Shown one piece after another: positions 47,010 through 55,998 of a stretch of 64,000 nt of DNA. The translations under genes were made by a program, and so were the position numbers. Numbering within the stretch: position 1 is the stretch's first letter; each line of letters opens with the position of its first letter. Source of the DNA: Myxococcota bacterium (GTDB taxonomy: Bacteria; Myxococcota_A; UBA796; UBA2385); assembly GCA_044344255.1 (NCBI GenBank), contig JBIJDH010000014.1:140313-204312 (forward strand), given 5' to 3'. The notes beneath the pieces are model-generated. The model ran no database searches. It was given only the letters and a program-made list of their open reading frames with translations, and was not told the origin of the DNA.

Positions 47010-47810
47010 ATGACCATCCATCCGACCGCCATCGTCTCCCCCGAGGCCGAGCTCCACGCAGACGTCGAGATCGGCCCCTACGCGATCATCGGCCCCGGCG
47101 TCGTGCTGGAGACCGGCGTCCGCGTCGGCAGCCACGCCGTGGTGAGCGGGCCCACCCTCGTCGGCGCCCACACCCGCATCTTCCCCCACGCCGTCCTCGG
47201 CGAAGACCCCCAAGACCTCAAGTACGACGGAGGGGAGAGCCGGCTCATCATCGGCCAGCACAACACCTTCCGCGAGTTCTCGACGGCGAACCGCGGGACG
47301 GCCGCCGGGGGCGGGATCACCCGCATCGGCGATCACAACCTCTTCATGGCCTACTCCCACGTGGCCCATGACTGCGTGGTGGGCAGCCACTGCGTCTTCG
47401 CCAACTCCGCCAACCTCGCCGGCCACGTCACGGTGCAGGACCACGTGGTGCTCGGCGGGCTCGTGGCGGTCCACCAGCACAGCCGCATCGGCCGCTGCGC
47501 GATGGCCGGCGGCGGCGCGATGGTCGCCCAGGACGTGCCCCCCTACACCATCGCCCAGGGCGACCGGGCGCGGCTCTTCGGCCTCAACATCGTGGGGCTG
47601 CGGCGGAACGGCTACAAGATCGACGTGGTCAACGCGCTCAAGGCGGCCTACCGCGAGCTCTTCCATCAGGCCCTCCCCTTGCGCATCGCCATCGAGGCGG
47701 TGCGCGAGGGCTCGGCTGACGTCCCCGAGGTCCGCGAGCTGGTCGAGTTCATCGAGCAGAGCCAGCGCGGCATCTGCCGCTCCGCCGGCACCGAGGCCAG
47801 CCCGGAGTGA
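47010..47810 (+). CDS. lpxA: acyl-ACP--UDP-N-acetylglucosamine O-acyltransferase
   Basis: IHPTAIV, PQDLKY, HVAHDC, LAGHV, VHQ, QDVPPY, GLNIVGLRR. Confidence 0.97.
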   Translation: MTIHPTAIVSPEAELHADVEIGPYAIIGPGVVLETGVRVGSHAVVSGPTLVGAHTRIFPHAVLGEDPQDLKYDGGESRLIIGQHNTFREFSTANRGTAAGGGITRIGDHNLFMAYSHVAHDCVVGSHCVFANSANLAGHVTVQDHVVLGGLVAVHQHSRIGRCAMAGGGAMVAQDVPPYTIAQGDRARLFGLNIVGLRRNGYKIDVVNALKAAYRELFHQALPLRIAIEAVREGSADVPEVRELVEFIEQSQRGICRSAGTEASPE

Positions 47811-48694
47811 CCCCCCTCTCTCGGGGTCCCCGCGCCGGGCGGCTGCGCGGGGTGCTGCTCGGGCACGGGCACATGGGGGCCTTCCACGCCCGCCGCCTCG
47901 CCGAGCGCGGCGACGTGGCGCTCACCGTCCTCGACCCCGCTCAGGGACTGCACGGCCCGCTGCCCGGGGCGCTCGACTTCGCGGTCATCGCCACCCCGAC
48001 CTCCACCCACGCCGACCTCGCGCGGCCCCTGCTCGACCGGGGCGTGCCCTGCCTCATCGAGAAGCCGCTCGCCGCCACGCTCGCCGAGGCGCGGCTCCTC
48101 GCAGCCTACCCGCACCTCAGCGTCGGGCACGTCGAGCGCTGGAACCCCACTCTGTCCCTGATCGCGGGCTGTCGACCGCGCTTCTTCGTCTCCGAGCGCC
48201 TCGCCCCCTACCCGGCCCGCGGCACCGACGTCGACGTCATCTCCGACCTCCTCGTCCACGACCTCGACCTCGCCTGCCTCCTCCTCCCGGGCCCCCTCCG
48301 CGATCTGCGCGCCGTCGGCGTCGGCGTGCTCTCGGGGGTGACCGACATCGTCAACGTGCGCCTCGAGCTCGGCGCGGCGGTGGCCCAGCTCAGCGCCAGC
48401 CGCGTCTCCCGCGAGCCCGTGCGAAAGCTGCGCCTCTTTGAAGACGGCCAATACTGGAGCCTCGACCTCCTCCACCGCGCGGCCTTCCGAAGCCGCTGGG
48501 GCCAGGGCGAGCAGGGGGTAGAGCTCCAGGGAGAGCCCCTGCCCGTGCCCGCGGGCGACGCCCTCCAGGGCGAGCACGCCGCCTTCCTCGCCGCGGTGCG
48601 CGGAGAGGCGCCCTACCCGGTGCCCGGCCCCGAGGCCCTCGCCGTGCTGGAGCTGGCCGAGCAGGTGCGGGGCGCGCTCTCGAGCGGGGCCTGA
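47807..48694 (+). CDS. Gfo/Idh/MocA oxidoreductase (GnnA-like)
   Basis: GHGHMG..H, IATPT..H, LIEKP, VGHVERWNP, DVDVISDLLVHDLD, ASRVS; GTGA-coupled to lpxA. Confidence 0.85.
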   Translation: MTPLSRGPRAGRLRGVLLGHGHMGAFHARRLAERGDVALTVLDPAQGLHGPLPGALDFAVIATPTSTHADLARPLLDRGVPCLIEKPLAATLAEARLLAAYPHLSVGHVERWNPTLSLIAGCRPRFFVSERLAPYPARGTDVDVISDLLVHDLDLACLLLPGPLRDLRAVGVGVLSGVTDIVNVRLELGAAVAQLSASRVSREPVRKLRLFEDGQYWSLDLLHRAAFRSRWGQGEQGVELQGEPLPVPAGDALQGEHAAFLAAVRGEAPYPVPGPEALAVLELAEQVRGALSSGA

Positions 48695-48748
48695 GCCGGA
48701 CCGCGAGGACCCTTCCCCGCCGCCGGGATACGCTCCGCTGCTCTCAAC

Positions 48749-49249
48749 GTGGAGGAAGGCATGCAGGAGCTCACCGGCGACATCTCGCTCACCCTCGCCC
48801 AGGCGAAGGACATCGCCCGCGCGCTCTCGACCGTCGCCCGCGCCGACGGCGGCGTCGGGCCAGCGGAGCGGGAGCTCATCACCGCCTTCTACACGGCCGC
48901 TTGTGCCGAGGGCGGTGAGGTCCCCGAAGACCTCGACGCCCACGTGTGGAGCGCCGACGAGAGTCGCGCCGTACAGGACTCCGACGCCTCCCGCGAGGCG
49001 CTGCTCCGCTCGGTGCTGCTGATGGCCTGGCTGGACGGCGCCTGCGCCCCCGCCGAGCGCGCGACCATCGACGAGATCGTGCAGGGCCTCGGCATCACGG
49101 CCGAGACCCACCGGGCCGTGGAGGCGGGCGTCCTCCGGATGCTGCTGGCCCCCTTCGTGCTCGAGCACTTCCCCGAGGCGCGGTACACCGCAGGGCAGCA
49201 CCTCGGGCTCGGGGCCGACGAGGTCGATCAGCTCCTCGCCGAGGCCTGA
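48749..49249 (+). CDS. TerB-like protein (two repeats)
   Basis: VARADGGVGPAERELI and MAWLDGACAPAERATI; start may be 48761. Confidence 0.75.
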   Translation: MEEGMQELTGDISLTLAQAKDIARALSTVARADGGVGPAERELITAFYTAACAEGGEVPEDLDAHVWSADESRAVQDSDASREALLRSVLLMAWLDGACAPAERATIDEIVQGLGITAETHRAVEAGVLRMLLAPFVLEHFPEARYTAGQHLGLGADEVDQLLAEA

Positions 49250-49262
49250 GCGAGGGGCGCGG

Positions 49263-50252
49263 ATGGACCCCTCCGACAGCGTCGAGCGCTACATCCTCAC
49301 CGGCACGGTTGACCCCACCTTCCCCGACTGGCCGGGCGGGCTGGCGGAGCGACGGCGGCAGGGCGCGCAGACCTTGCGGGCGGTGCTCTGTCGGGTGGTG
49401 GCCTGGCGGGCCCGCCAGTCGCCGATGGCCGGGGCGCGGCTGCCGATCGACGTCGAGGGGGTCGTGCGGGCCCGCGTGTCGCCGATGCTGCGCGGCCTGT
49501 TCTCCCCCGAGGAGGCAGAGGTGCTCACCCGCTCGCTGCCGCCGCGGGTGGTGGTGCTCACGGCGGGCACCTTCCCGGCGGCCGCCGAGCGCGTGCCGCT
49601 GGAGGCGGCCTGGGACCTCGCCAACCTGCTCCTCGACGACCTCCGGGTGCCCACCCTGGCCGACGACGTCCCCGAGCTGCTCGGCCTCTGCGCCGGGGGC
49701 CGGGCCTGGGTGCTGCCGCGGGCCCTGCGCGCCGCGCCGCTCGCCAGCGGCGCCAATCCCAACAGCGGCGCCGTCGGCACCGACGTGATCGTCCACGAGG
49801 TGGCCCACCTGCTGCACATCGTCCCCCGCGGCGAGCTCGGCCTGCTGCCACCCGAGGGGACGGCGCTCGCGGTCCCCGCCCGCCGCCGCGAGACCTTCGC
49901 GTACGCCGCCGAGGCCTGGGCCTGCCACAGTCGAACGGGGGGCCCGCCCCTAGGGGAGCTCCACCTCGGTCGAGATGACGCCCGGGTCGACCCCGAGGCC
50001 CTCGCCCGGCTCCTCCAGGAGGCCGAGGCCACGGCCGACGGGCCCGGGGGAGGCTGGCCGGCGCTCCGCCGCTGGGCCGAGGGCGGGCGCGCTCAGCGCG
50101 CGGTGACGCTCAAGGTCCCCGAGGGCGAGGCCTCCGCCGCCGCGCCGCCGTCGAGCCATTCGGCCCCGGCGGCCTCCCCGCGGAGGGCCTCGGCGAAGAA
50201 GGCCACCGCGACAGCGCCCGTGAGCCCCTTGCCCGCCGCGGGCGCGAGGTAG
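49263..50252 (+). CDS. hypothetical protein with HExxH zinc-peptidase-like motif
   Basis: VIVHEVAHLLH followed by RETFA; 3' end overlaps the convergent gene by 160 nt. Confidence 0.6.
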   Translation: MDPSDSVERYILTGTVDPTFPDWPGGLAERRRQGAQTLRAVLCRVVAWRARQSPMAGARLPIDVEGVVRARVSPMLRGLFSPEEAEVLTRSLPPRVVVLTAGTFPAAAERVPLEAAWDLANLLLDDLRVPTLADDVPELLGLCAGGRAWVLPRALRAAPLASGANPNSGAVGTDVIVHEVAHLLHIVPRGELGLLPPEGTALAVPARRRETFAYAAEAWACHSRTGGPPLGELHLGRDDARVDPEALARLLQEAEATADGPGGGWPALRRWAEGGRAQRAVTLKVPEGEASAAAPPSSHSAPAASPRRASAKKATATAPVSPLPAAGAR

Positions 50253-51247
50253 GAGAAGGGCTCACCCCCCTCCTGCCGGGTGTCGTCTCCGCAGCCCGGC
50301 AGGAAGCCCGGCGTGAGCCCGACGAGGTCCGAGGGAGACCAATGGCCGGCGTCGGCCATGGTCACGAGGCGGGCCGGGGCGGTGGCCTCGGCAAAGTTCG
50401 ACGCGATGAGGGTGTTGCCGAGCACGCCCACGCTGTGGTCCTCGGCGAGGAGCAGGAAGAGCAGCGGCGACTGTAACGAGGCGACGTCCACGCCGGCCAG
50501 CAGCGGGTTCTCGGGGGGAGCCCCGACGAAGAGCGCCGCCTGCGGAGCCCCGAGCTCGGAGTCAGCGGCCTGTCGGTCCTGGAGGAGCTTGCCGGCGGTG
50601 ACAGCGCCGAAGCTGTGGCCCATCAGGCCGACCCGATCGGGATCCACCTCGACCCCGAGCGCGCCGGAGAGGGCGAGGTCGAGGGCGAAGCCGAGGTCGC
50701 CCACGCGGAGGGCGAGGGTGTCGGTGTCGAGCGGGAGCCCCGCCTCGGCCTGCTGGTCGAAGAGCGTGTCCCCCGCGTGGTCGGGGGCGACCACCACGAA
50801 GCCGTGGCTGGCCAGGCGCTCGGCCACCGTGGCGGTGGAGAAGCGGGCGCAGCCATAACAGTGGGACAGGGCGATCACCGGCCAGGGCCCCCCCTCGGCG
50901 ACGGGGGTGTCCAGGCCAGCCTCCAGCACCTCGCTCGGGCAGCCGGCCGGCGCGGCGTCGAGCAGGGCCTGATAGACCGCCCGGTCGCCCGGATCGGCGA
51001 GGAGGTCCGTCACGGGGCTCGGGGCGACCGAGCTCGCGGCGGGGTACCAGAGCTCGACGGTCAGCGCCCGCGCTCGGGCCAAGTCCTCCCCGCTCCAGGT
51101 CAATCGACCGGCCGCGTAGGCCCCGGGAGCCTCGGGATCGAATACCTCGGGGTCAAAGGGGGCAGCCCCCTCGGCGGCGCCGCTGTCCTCGGCCTTCCCA
51201 CAGGAGGCGAGCAGGAGGAGCCCCAGCGCCGCGCGACCCCTGCTCAT
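50093..51247 (-). CDS. alpha/beta hydrolase lipoprotein (PAF-acetylhydrolase/dienelactone hydrolase-like)
   Basis: lipobox LASC, VELWYPA, LASHGFVVVAPDH, GHSFG, AGH. Confidence 0.88.
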   Translation of the reverse strand: MSRGRAALGLLLLASCGKAEDSGAAEGAAPFDPEVFDPEAPGAYAAGRLTWSGEDLARARALTVELWYPAASSVAPSPVTDLLADPGDRAVYQALLDAAPAGCPSEVLEAGLDTPVAEGGPWPVIALSHCYGCARFSTATVAERLASHGFVVVAPDHAGDTLFDQQAEAGLPLDTDTLALRVGDLGFALDLALSGALGVEVDPDRVGLMGHSFGAVTAGKLLQDRQAADSELGAPQAALFVGAPPENPLLAGVDVASLQSPLLFLLLAEDHSVGVLGNTLIASNFAEATAPARLVTMADAGHWSPSDLVGLTPGFLPGCGDDTRQEGGEPFSYLAPAAGKGLTGAVAVAFFAEALRGEAAGAEWLDGGAAAEASPSGTLSVTAR

Positions 51248-51269
51248 TCGCCAGCTCCGTTTCATCGGT

Positions 51270-54257
51270 TCAGTCCACCTGATAGGAGACGACCACCGCC
51301 CGGTGGTCACTCGGCCAAGGGTCGGCGTCATAGACATAGGCATCGAGCGGGGTCAAGTGGAGCGCGCCGTCTCGACCATACACAAAGTCAATCCGGTCGT
51401 GCACGTCGTCCGCCTCGAAGCTGCCCTTGGGGTAGCCGGCGGTCCAGGTGAGGCCCCGATCGAGGGTGGGGTCGGGGTGGACCGCCCGATAAGCGTCCAC
51501 GAAGCCGCCCTCGGCGAAGGCGACCGAGCTCGGCCAGGCCACGACGAGATCAAAGTTCTGATCGGCGTTGTCGGCGGTCCAGTCGAGGTGGGAGGGGGCG
51601 TTGTGGTCGCCGAGCACGATCGCCGTGTCGAGGCCCTCGAGCAGGCCGAGCACCGCCGCGGCGTCGTCCCCGCGCACCCGCCCCTCGGTGTGCTCGATCT
51701 CCTCCACCGAGGCGCCGTCCCGCGCGAGGTAGGGCCCGTACTCGGTGTAGTCGAAGTGGGTGCCCACCACGGTGATGTCACCCCGATCGGGCAGGGAGAG
51801 GGTGGCGAGGAGGGAGTAGCCCCCCGGGTCGCCCACGGCGCCCGACAGCGGGAAGCGGGACAGCAGGACGTTGTCGGAGCCGTCGTCCACCGTCATCGCC
51901 CCGGCCCAGGCCGGGGAGAGGGCCACGACGGCGGCGAGCAGCTCGGCGGCGAAGGCTGGGCCGCCCTCCTGGAGGGCGACGAGGTCAGGGTCGCAGGCCA
52001 CGATGGCCGCCGCGATCTTGTCGACCCCGCCCGGCACCGCGCTGCCGTCCAGCCAGGAATTGAAGGTCATCACGGTGAGGTCGCCGACCGCCGCCGGCGG
52101 GACGCGCTCGCCGGGATCGGTCACCCGAAAGGGGGCTCGGGCCATCACCTCGTACCCATCGGCGAAGAAGAGGCGGGCCTCCCAGTCCCCTGCTGGCAAC
52201 CCCACGGGCAGGAAGCGGAGCCGGCCGCCGACAGGGCCGCCCTCTCCTGCCGACTGACTGCCGTTCGTATAGAGCCAGGCGGCGCTGCCCTGGTTCTCGG
52301 TCTGGTCGGCTGGATAGAGCCCCACCCAGTCCGTGGCGGCGCCGCTGGCCCCGGCGAAGGCCACCATCAGCCGCTCGCCCACCTCGTACTCCGCCTGGTC
52401 GGTGGAGAGGTTGGGCCCCGCCTCGCCGCTGTCCTGCGGGGCCGTGTCTCCGCCGCCCCCGTCGCCCCCGCCGCCGTCGATGCCCGGCCCATGGCCCTGC
52501 CGCTTGACGCCGGGGTCTGCCGCGCCGCAGCCCACCAAGAGGGAGAGGGACAGCAGGCCGATAGAGGGGCGACGGCGGCGACCGAGGGCGAGCAGCGCCG
52601 AGAGGGCGAGCCCGAGCGAGGAGCCGATCGGGGCGACCTGACAGCCCCCCTTGCCGGTGTCGGCCAGGGAGACGGCCGCGCCGGGGGGCTCTCCGTCTCG
52701 CGGGCCCTCCAAGCCTCCGCCCTCGCCGGCGGCGTCGGTGTCGAGGCCGCCTCCGTCGCCGCCGTCGGTCGCCCCGTCGGCGCCGCCGTCCGTCGCCCCG
52801 TCGCTCCCGCCGTCGGTCCCGCCGCCGTCGGACTCCTCCGCCTCGACCTGCACCGTGAGGGTGAGGAAGCCGTCCGCCGGCCCGCCTCCCCAGGGGATGT
52901 CAGCGAACCAGGTGACCCCGTCTTCGACCAGCGCCAGGGGAAGGCTGAGCTCCCCCACCTCTCCGCCGCGCACGGTGAAGGTGAAGGCCCCGGTCTCCCC
53001 CGGGGCGACGTCTGCGGCGGGGTGGGCGACGCGGGTGGTCGACACCCAGGTCTCGTTCGCCAGCGGAGAGGCGGCGTCCCGGGGCCAGGGGGCGAGCGAA
53101 GTATTGCTGGTCCAGGTCTCGGTGCCGTCATTCCGGAGGTCTACAGACAGGCTGACCTCCTCGCCCGGGTGCAGCAGGACGGGCACGCCCTCCGAGAAGC
53201 TCGCCGAGACCACGGAGGCCTGAAAGGGGGCCCCGGTCTCTCGGAGCTCGTCCAGGCGCGCATAGACGAGGTCACCCGGACAGGCGGTGGAATTCCCAGG
53301 CCAGTCCCGGTGGCCCTTCATCGTGTCGTCGTCGGTGACAAAGCTGTGCTCAGCGGCCAGGGTCTGGATGAGGAGGCGCGCGCTGACGATCATCGTGTCG
53401 GGCGGCGTGTCATACGAGCTGCCGCAGCCGCCGGAGTCAAAGCAGCCGAGGAAGCAGACGGCGATGTTGCCGTCGTTGTTTCCGCCGCCGGTAGCCCCCG
53501 ACTGGTACGTGAGCTCCCTCCCCTCCCACAGGCTGCCGTCGTAGCCGACGAGGTACTGATAGGGGATGTCGCAGTAGTCGCTGCCCATCGCGTAGGCCTG
53601 CAGCGCCTGGACGGCCCCCTCCACGGTGCCGCCGTAGGTCTCTCCCCCGGCGGTGTGGTGGATGGCCATCCGGTACCAGTCGTCCTCGGTGGTGCTGCAG
53701 GTGGTGCTGTCGGCCCCCCAGTCATCGCGCGAGGTGACGCCGATGGCCTCCATGCTGGGGCTGAGCGCGCTCGACGGCGGGGGCGGCGGGGCGCCGGGCA
53801 GCAGGCGGGGCTCACCGACGGGGTGCAGGAGCTCCCAGGAGAGGGCCTCGACCGCCCCCGCGCCCCGCACCCGCACCTGGGCGGCGAAGGCCTCGCCGTC
53901 GAGCTCGGCGCTGTAGACCCGGGCCTCCTCCCCCACCCAGAGCTCGGCGGCGGGGATCCAAGGCCCGAGGGCCCCGCCCTGCTCCACCCGCACCTCGACC
54001 ACGAGGCCGACGGTGGGCTCGATCTCGACGAGGGCGAGGAAGCGGGTGCCGCCCTCGGAGAACGCGCGCAGCCCGGACAGACCGACCGGCCCCCGCCAGG
54101 CCCAGCCCTGGGCGAGCGCGGCGCGGTCCTCCCGGAGCTCGGGGAGGACGTGGAGCGGGTCATCGAGCTCGAGCGCGGACGCCTCCCGGGCCGACAGGGG
54201 GCCGAAGGGCGACAGGACCGACAGGACGAGGAGGGGCGCGAGGGCAGAGAAGAGCAT
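51270..54257 (-). CDS. multidomain protein: type-2 (PGRP-like) amidase + Ig-like + internal MYXO-CTERM + lipoprotein signal + Ig-like + EEP nuclease/phosphatase
   Basis: AIHHTAG, DIPYQYLV..DGSLWEGR, GHRD..TACPG; MTFN, VALQE, LGDHN, DRIDFV, SDH. Confidence 0.85.
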   Translation of the reverse strand: MLFSALAPLLVLSVLSPFGPLSAREASALELDDPLHVLPELREDRAALAQGWAWRGPVGLSGLRAFSEGGTRFLALVEIEPTVGLVVEVRVEQGGALGPWIPAAELWVGEEARVYSAELDGEAFAAQVRVRGAGAVEALSWELLHPVGEPRLLPGAPPPPPSSALSPSMEAIGVTSRDDWGADSTTCSTTEDDWYRMAIHHTAGGETYGGTVEGAVQALQAYAMGSDYCDIPYQYLVGYDGSLWEGRELTYQSGATGGGNNDGNIAVCFLGCFDSGGCGSSYDTPPDTMIVSARLLIQTLAAEHSFVTDDDTMKGHRDWPGNSTACPGDLVYARLDELRETGAPFQASVVSASFSEGVPVLLHPGEEVSLSVDLRNDGTETWTSNTSLAPWPRDAASPLANETWVSTTRVAHPAADVAPGETGAFTFTVRGGEVGELSLPLALVEDGVTWFADIPWGGGPADGFLTLTVQVEAEESDGGGTDGGSDGATDGGADGATDGGDGGGLDTDAAGEGGGLEGPRDGEPPGAAVSLADTGKGGCQVAPIGSSLGLALSALLALGRRRRPSIGLLSLSLLVGCGAADPGVKRQGHGPGIDGGGGDGGGGDTAPQDSGEAGPNLSTDQAEYEVGERLMVAFAGASGAATDWVGLYPADQTENQGSAAWLYTNGSQSAGEGGPVGGRLRFLPVGLPAGDWEARLFFADGYEVMARAPFRVTDPGERVPPAAVGDLTVMTFNSWLDGSAVPGGVDKIAAAIVACDPDLVALQEGGPAFAAELLAAVVALSPAWAGAMTVDDGSDNVLLSRFPLSGAVGDPGGYSLLATLSLPDRGDITVVGTHFDYTEYGPYLARDGASVEEIEHTEGRVRGDDAAAVLGLLEGLDTAIVLGDHNAPSHLDWTADNADQNFDLVVAWPSSVAFAEGGFVDAYRAVHPDPTLDRGLTWTAGYPKGSFEADDVHDRIDFVYGRDGALHLTPLDAYVYDADPWPSDHRAVVVSYQVD

Positions 54258-54265
54258 GCCCGAGT

Positions 54266-54721
54266 CTACACGCGGAGAGGGTCCGCGGCCCGCGCGGTGG
54301 CCTGGCCGAGATCGGTCGCCACCGGGCTCCAGAGGCCGAGCAGCAGGGGCCCCACGCCCAAGAGCGCGAGCTTGTGGGCCTCTCCGACGACCACGAGCTG
54401 CCGCACACCGCCGAGCTTGACCGCCTCCGCGCGGAGCTGCGCCGCCGCGACCAGCTCCTGGGCGACGGCCGCGAGGGCCTCGGCGGAGGGGCCCTCCCCC
54501 GCGGCGGCGACCGGCAGCCCGTCGATGGCCGCGAAGGCGACGCCGACGCCCGGCCGCGCCGCGAGCTCGCCTACGAGCACGGTCACCGCCTCGATGAAGG
54601 CCTCCGGGCGCCGCCCGCTCGCCCGATCGGCCCGGTGGAGGGACTCGAGCGCCGCTACGCGGTCGGCGAGCCAGTGGGGGGAGCCGCCCACCGCGGCAGG
54701 GTCGCCCACCTCATCCGCCAA
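54266..54721 (-). CDS. roadblock/LC7-domain protein
   Basis: GVGVAFAAIDGLPVAA...ALAAVA...LGGVRQLVVVG pattern. Confidence 0.7.
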   Translation of the reverse strand: MADEVGDPAAVGGSPHWLADRVAALESLHRADRASGRRPEAFIEAVTVLVGELAARPGVGVAFAAIDGLPVAAAGEGPSAEALAAVAQELVAAAQLRAEAVKLGGVRQLVVVGEAHKLALLGVGPLLLGLWSPVATDLGQATARAADPLRV

Positions 54722-55100
54722 AGACGAGGTCGAGCTCGGGGATCGTCTCGCGGACCTCGTAGCGGACCGCGCCGAGCATGGCCGTGCTGTCGGCCACCAC
54801 CACCAGCACGAAGCCCCGCACTAGGGGGGCGAGGAGGATGAGCCCGTCCTTGTTCTCGGAGAGCACGAGCTTGGTGCTGCCCTGACCGACCTGCCCGGCG
54901 GCCTTCGCGGCGGCGGTGAACACGATCTGCACCGCGGCGCCCAGCGCGTCGGTGTCCACCTCGAAGTCCCGGCGGATGTGGGTCACGAAGCCGTCGGCGT
55001 CGACCACCGCGGCGGTGGTCACCCCGCGGAGGGAGACGAGGCTCTGCAGGGACTGATCGATGCGCTGGTTGCGCTCGGACTTGGACAGGGGTGCGCTCAT
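54711..55100 (-). CDS. roadblock/LC7 (MglB-like) protein
   Basis: GVTTAAVVDADGF, ALGAA, LVLSENKDGLILLAPL, LVVVAD..MLGAVRYE; GGAGG RBS. Confidence 0.88.
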   Translation of the reverse strand: MSAPLSKSERNQRIDQSLQSLVSLRGVTTAAVVDADGFVTHIRRDFEVDTDALGAAVQIVFTAAAKAAGQVGQGSTKLVLSENKDGLILLAPLVRGFVLVVVADSTAMLGAVRYEVRETIPELDLVFGG

Positions 55101-55173
55101 GGAGCCTCCAAAGGGCAGAATTCAAGGGGTTACAGGGCGTGAGGGACGGCGTACTCCACGCGGGACAGGCGGG

Positions 55174-55998
55174 TCACTCGGCACATCGCAGCTCCACGCG
55201 CCGGTTCAGCTTGCGATGGGCGACCGAGTCATTGGCGACGAGCGGCTCTCGGGCGCCCGCGCTGCGCAGGCGGAGCTCGGTCCGCGACCGCCCCTGCTCG
55301 ACCAGCTGAACCGCGACGGCCTCCGCCCTCGCCAGCCCCACCCGCTCGTTGGTGGCGGCGCTGCCGAGGTCGCAGGTGTGCCCCACCACCTCGATCACCG
55401 CGCACCGGCTCCAGCCCGGGGGCAGGGACAGGGAGTCTACGAAGGCCGCGCCGAAGGCGAAGCCGACCGCGAGCGGCTCAACGGGCAGCGGCTCAGCGGG
55501 CAGCGGCGCGGCCTCGGCGGGCGGCGCGGCCTCGGCGGGCGGCGCGGCCTCGGCGGGCGGCGCGGCGACCGGCGTCAGGCCGACCGCGGCCGCGGACGAG
55601 GGGACCTCCGGCGAAGGACCGCGCAGCAGCACGACGATGAGGCAGAGGGCGACGATCGACAGGGCGACGATCGCGCCGATCGCCCAGCCCCGGCCCCCGC
55701 CGGTCACCGCTGCGGCGGGCAGCGCCGAGGCGGGCGGGAGCGCCGGCACCGCGGGGGCGGGGATCGGCCGCGGCGGCGGCGGGGTCAGCCACCCCTCGTC
55801 GAGGAGGTCCTCCTCTGGCACATCCAACCCCGATCGCGACGGCGCTCGGCGCGCCACGAGCGGCTCATCGACGCTCACCTTGACGGGGACGATGACCACC
55901 GGAAGACCGCGCAGCGGCGCCTCCGCGGCCCCGCGTCGGACCGAGCGAGGGCCCAGCAGGCCGTCCAAACCATCCCAGTCGAGCTCGCGAGGCCTCAT
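55174..55998 (-). CDS. single-TM protein with C-terminal OmpA/MotB-type peptidoglycan-binding domain
   Basis: TM IGAIVALSIVALCLIVVLL; VVGHTCDLG...NERVGLARAEAV...NRRVE; ATGA-coupled to the kinase. Confidence 0.85.
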   Translation of the reverse strand: MRPRELDWDGLDGLLGPRSVRRGAAEAPLRGLPVVIVPVKVSVDEPLVARRAPSRSGLDVPEEDLLDEGWLTPPPPRPIPAPAVPALPPASALPAAAVTGGGRGWAIGAIVALSIVALCLIVVLLRGPSPEVPSSAAAVGLTPVAAPPAEAAPPAEAAPPAEAAPLPAEPLPVEPLAVGFAFGAAFVDSLSLPPGWSRCAVIEVVGHTCDLGSAATNERVGLARAEAVAVQLVEQGRSRTELRLRSAGAREPLVANDSVAHRKLNRRVELRCAE

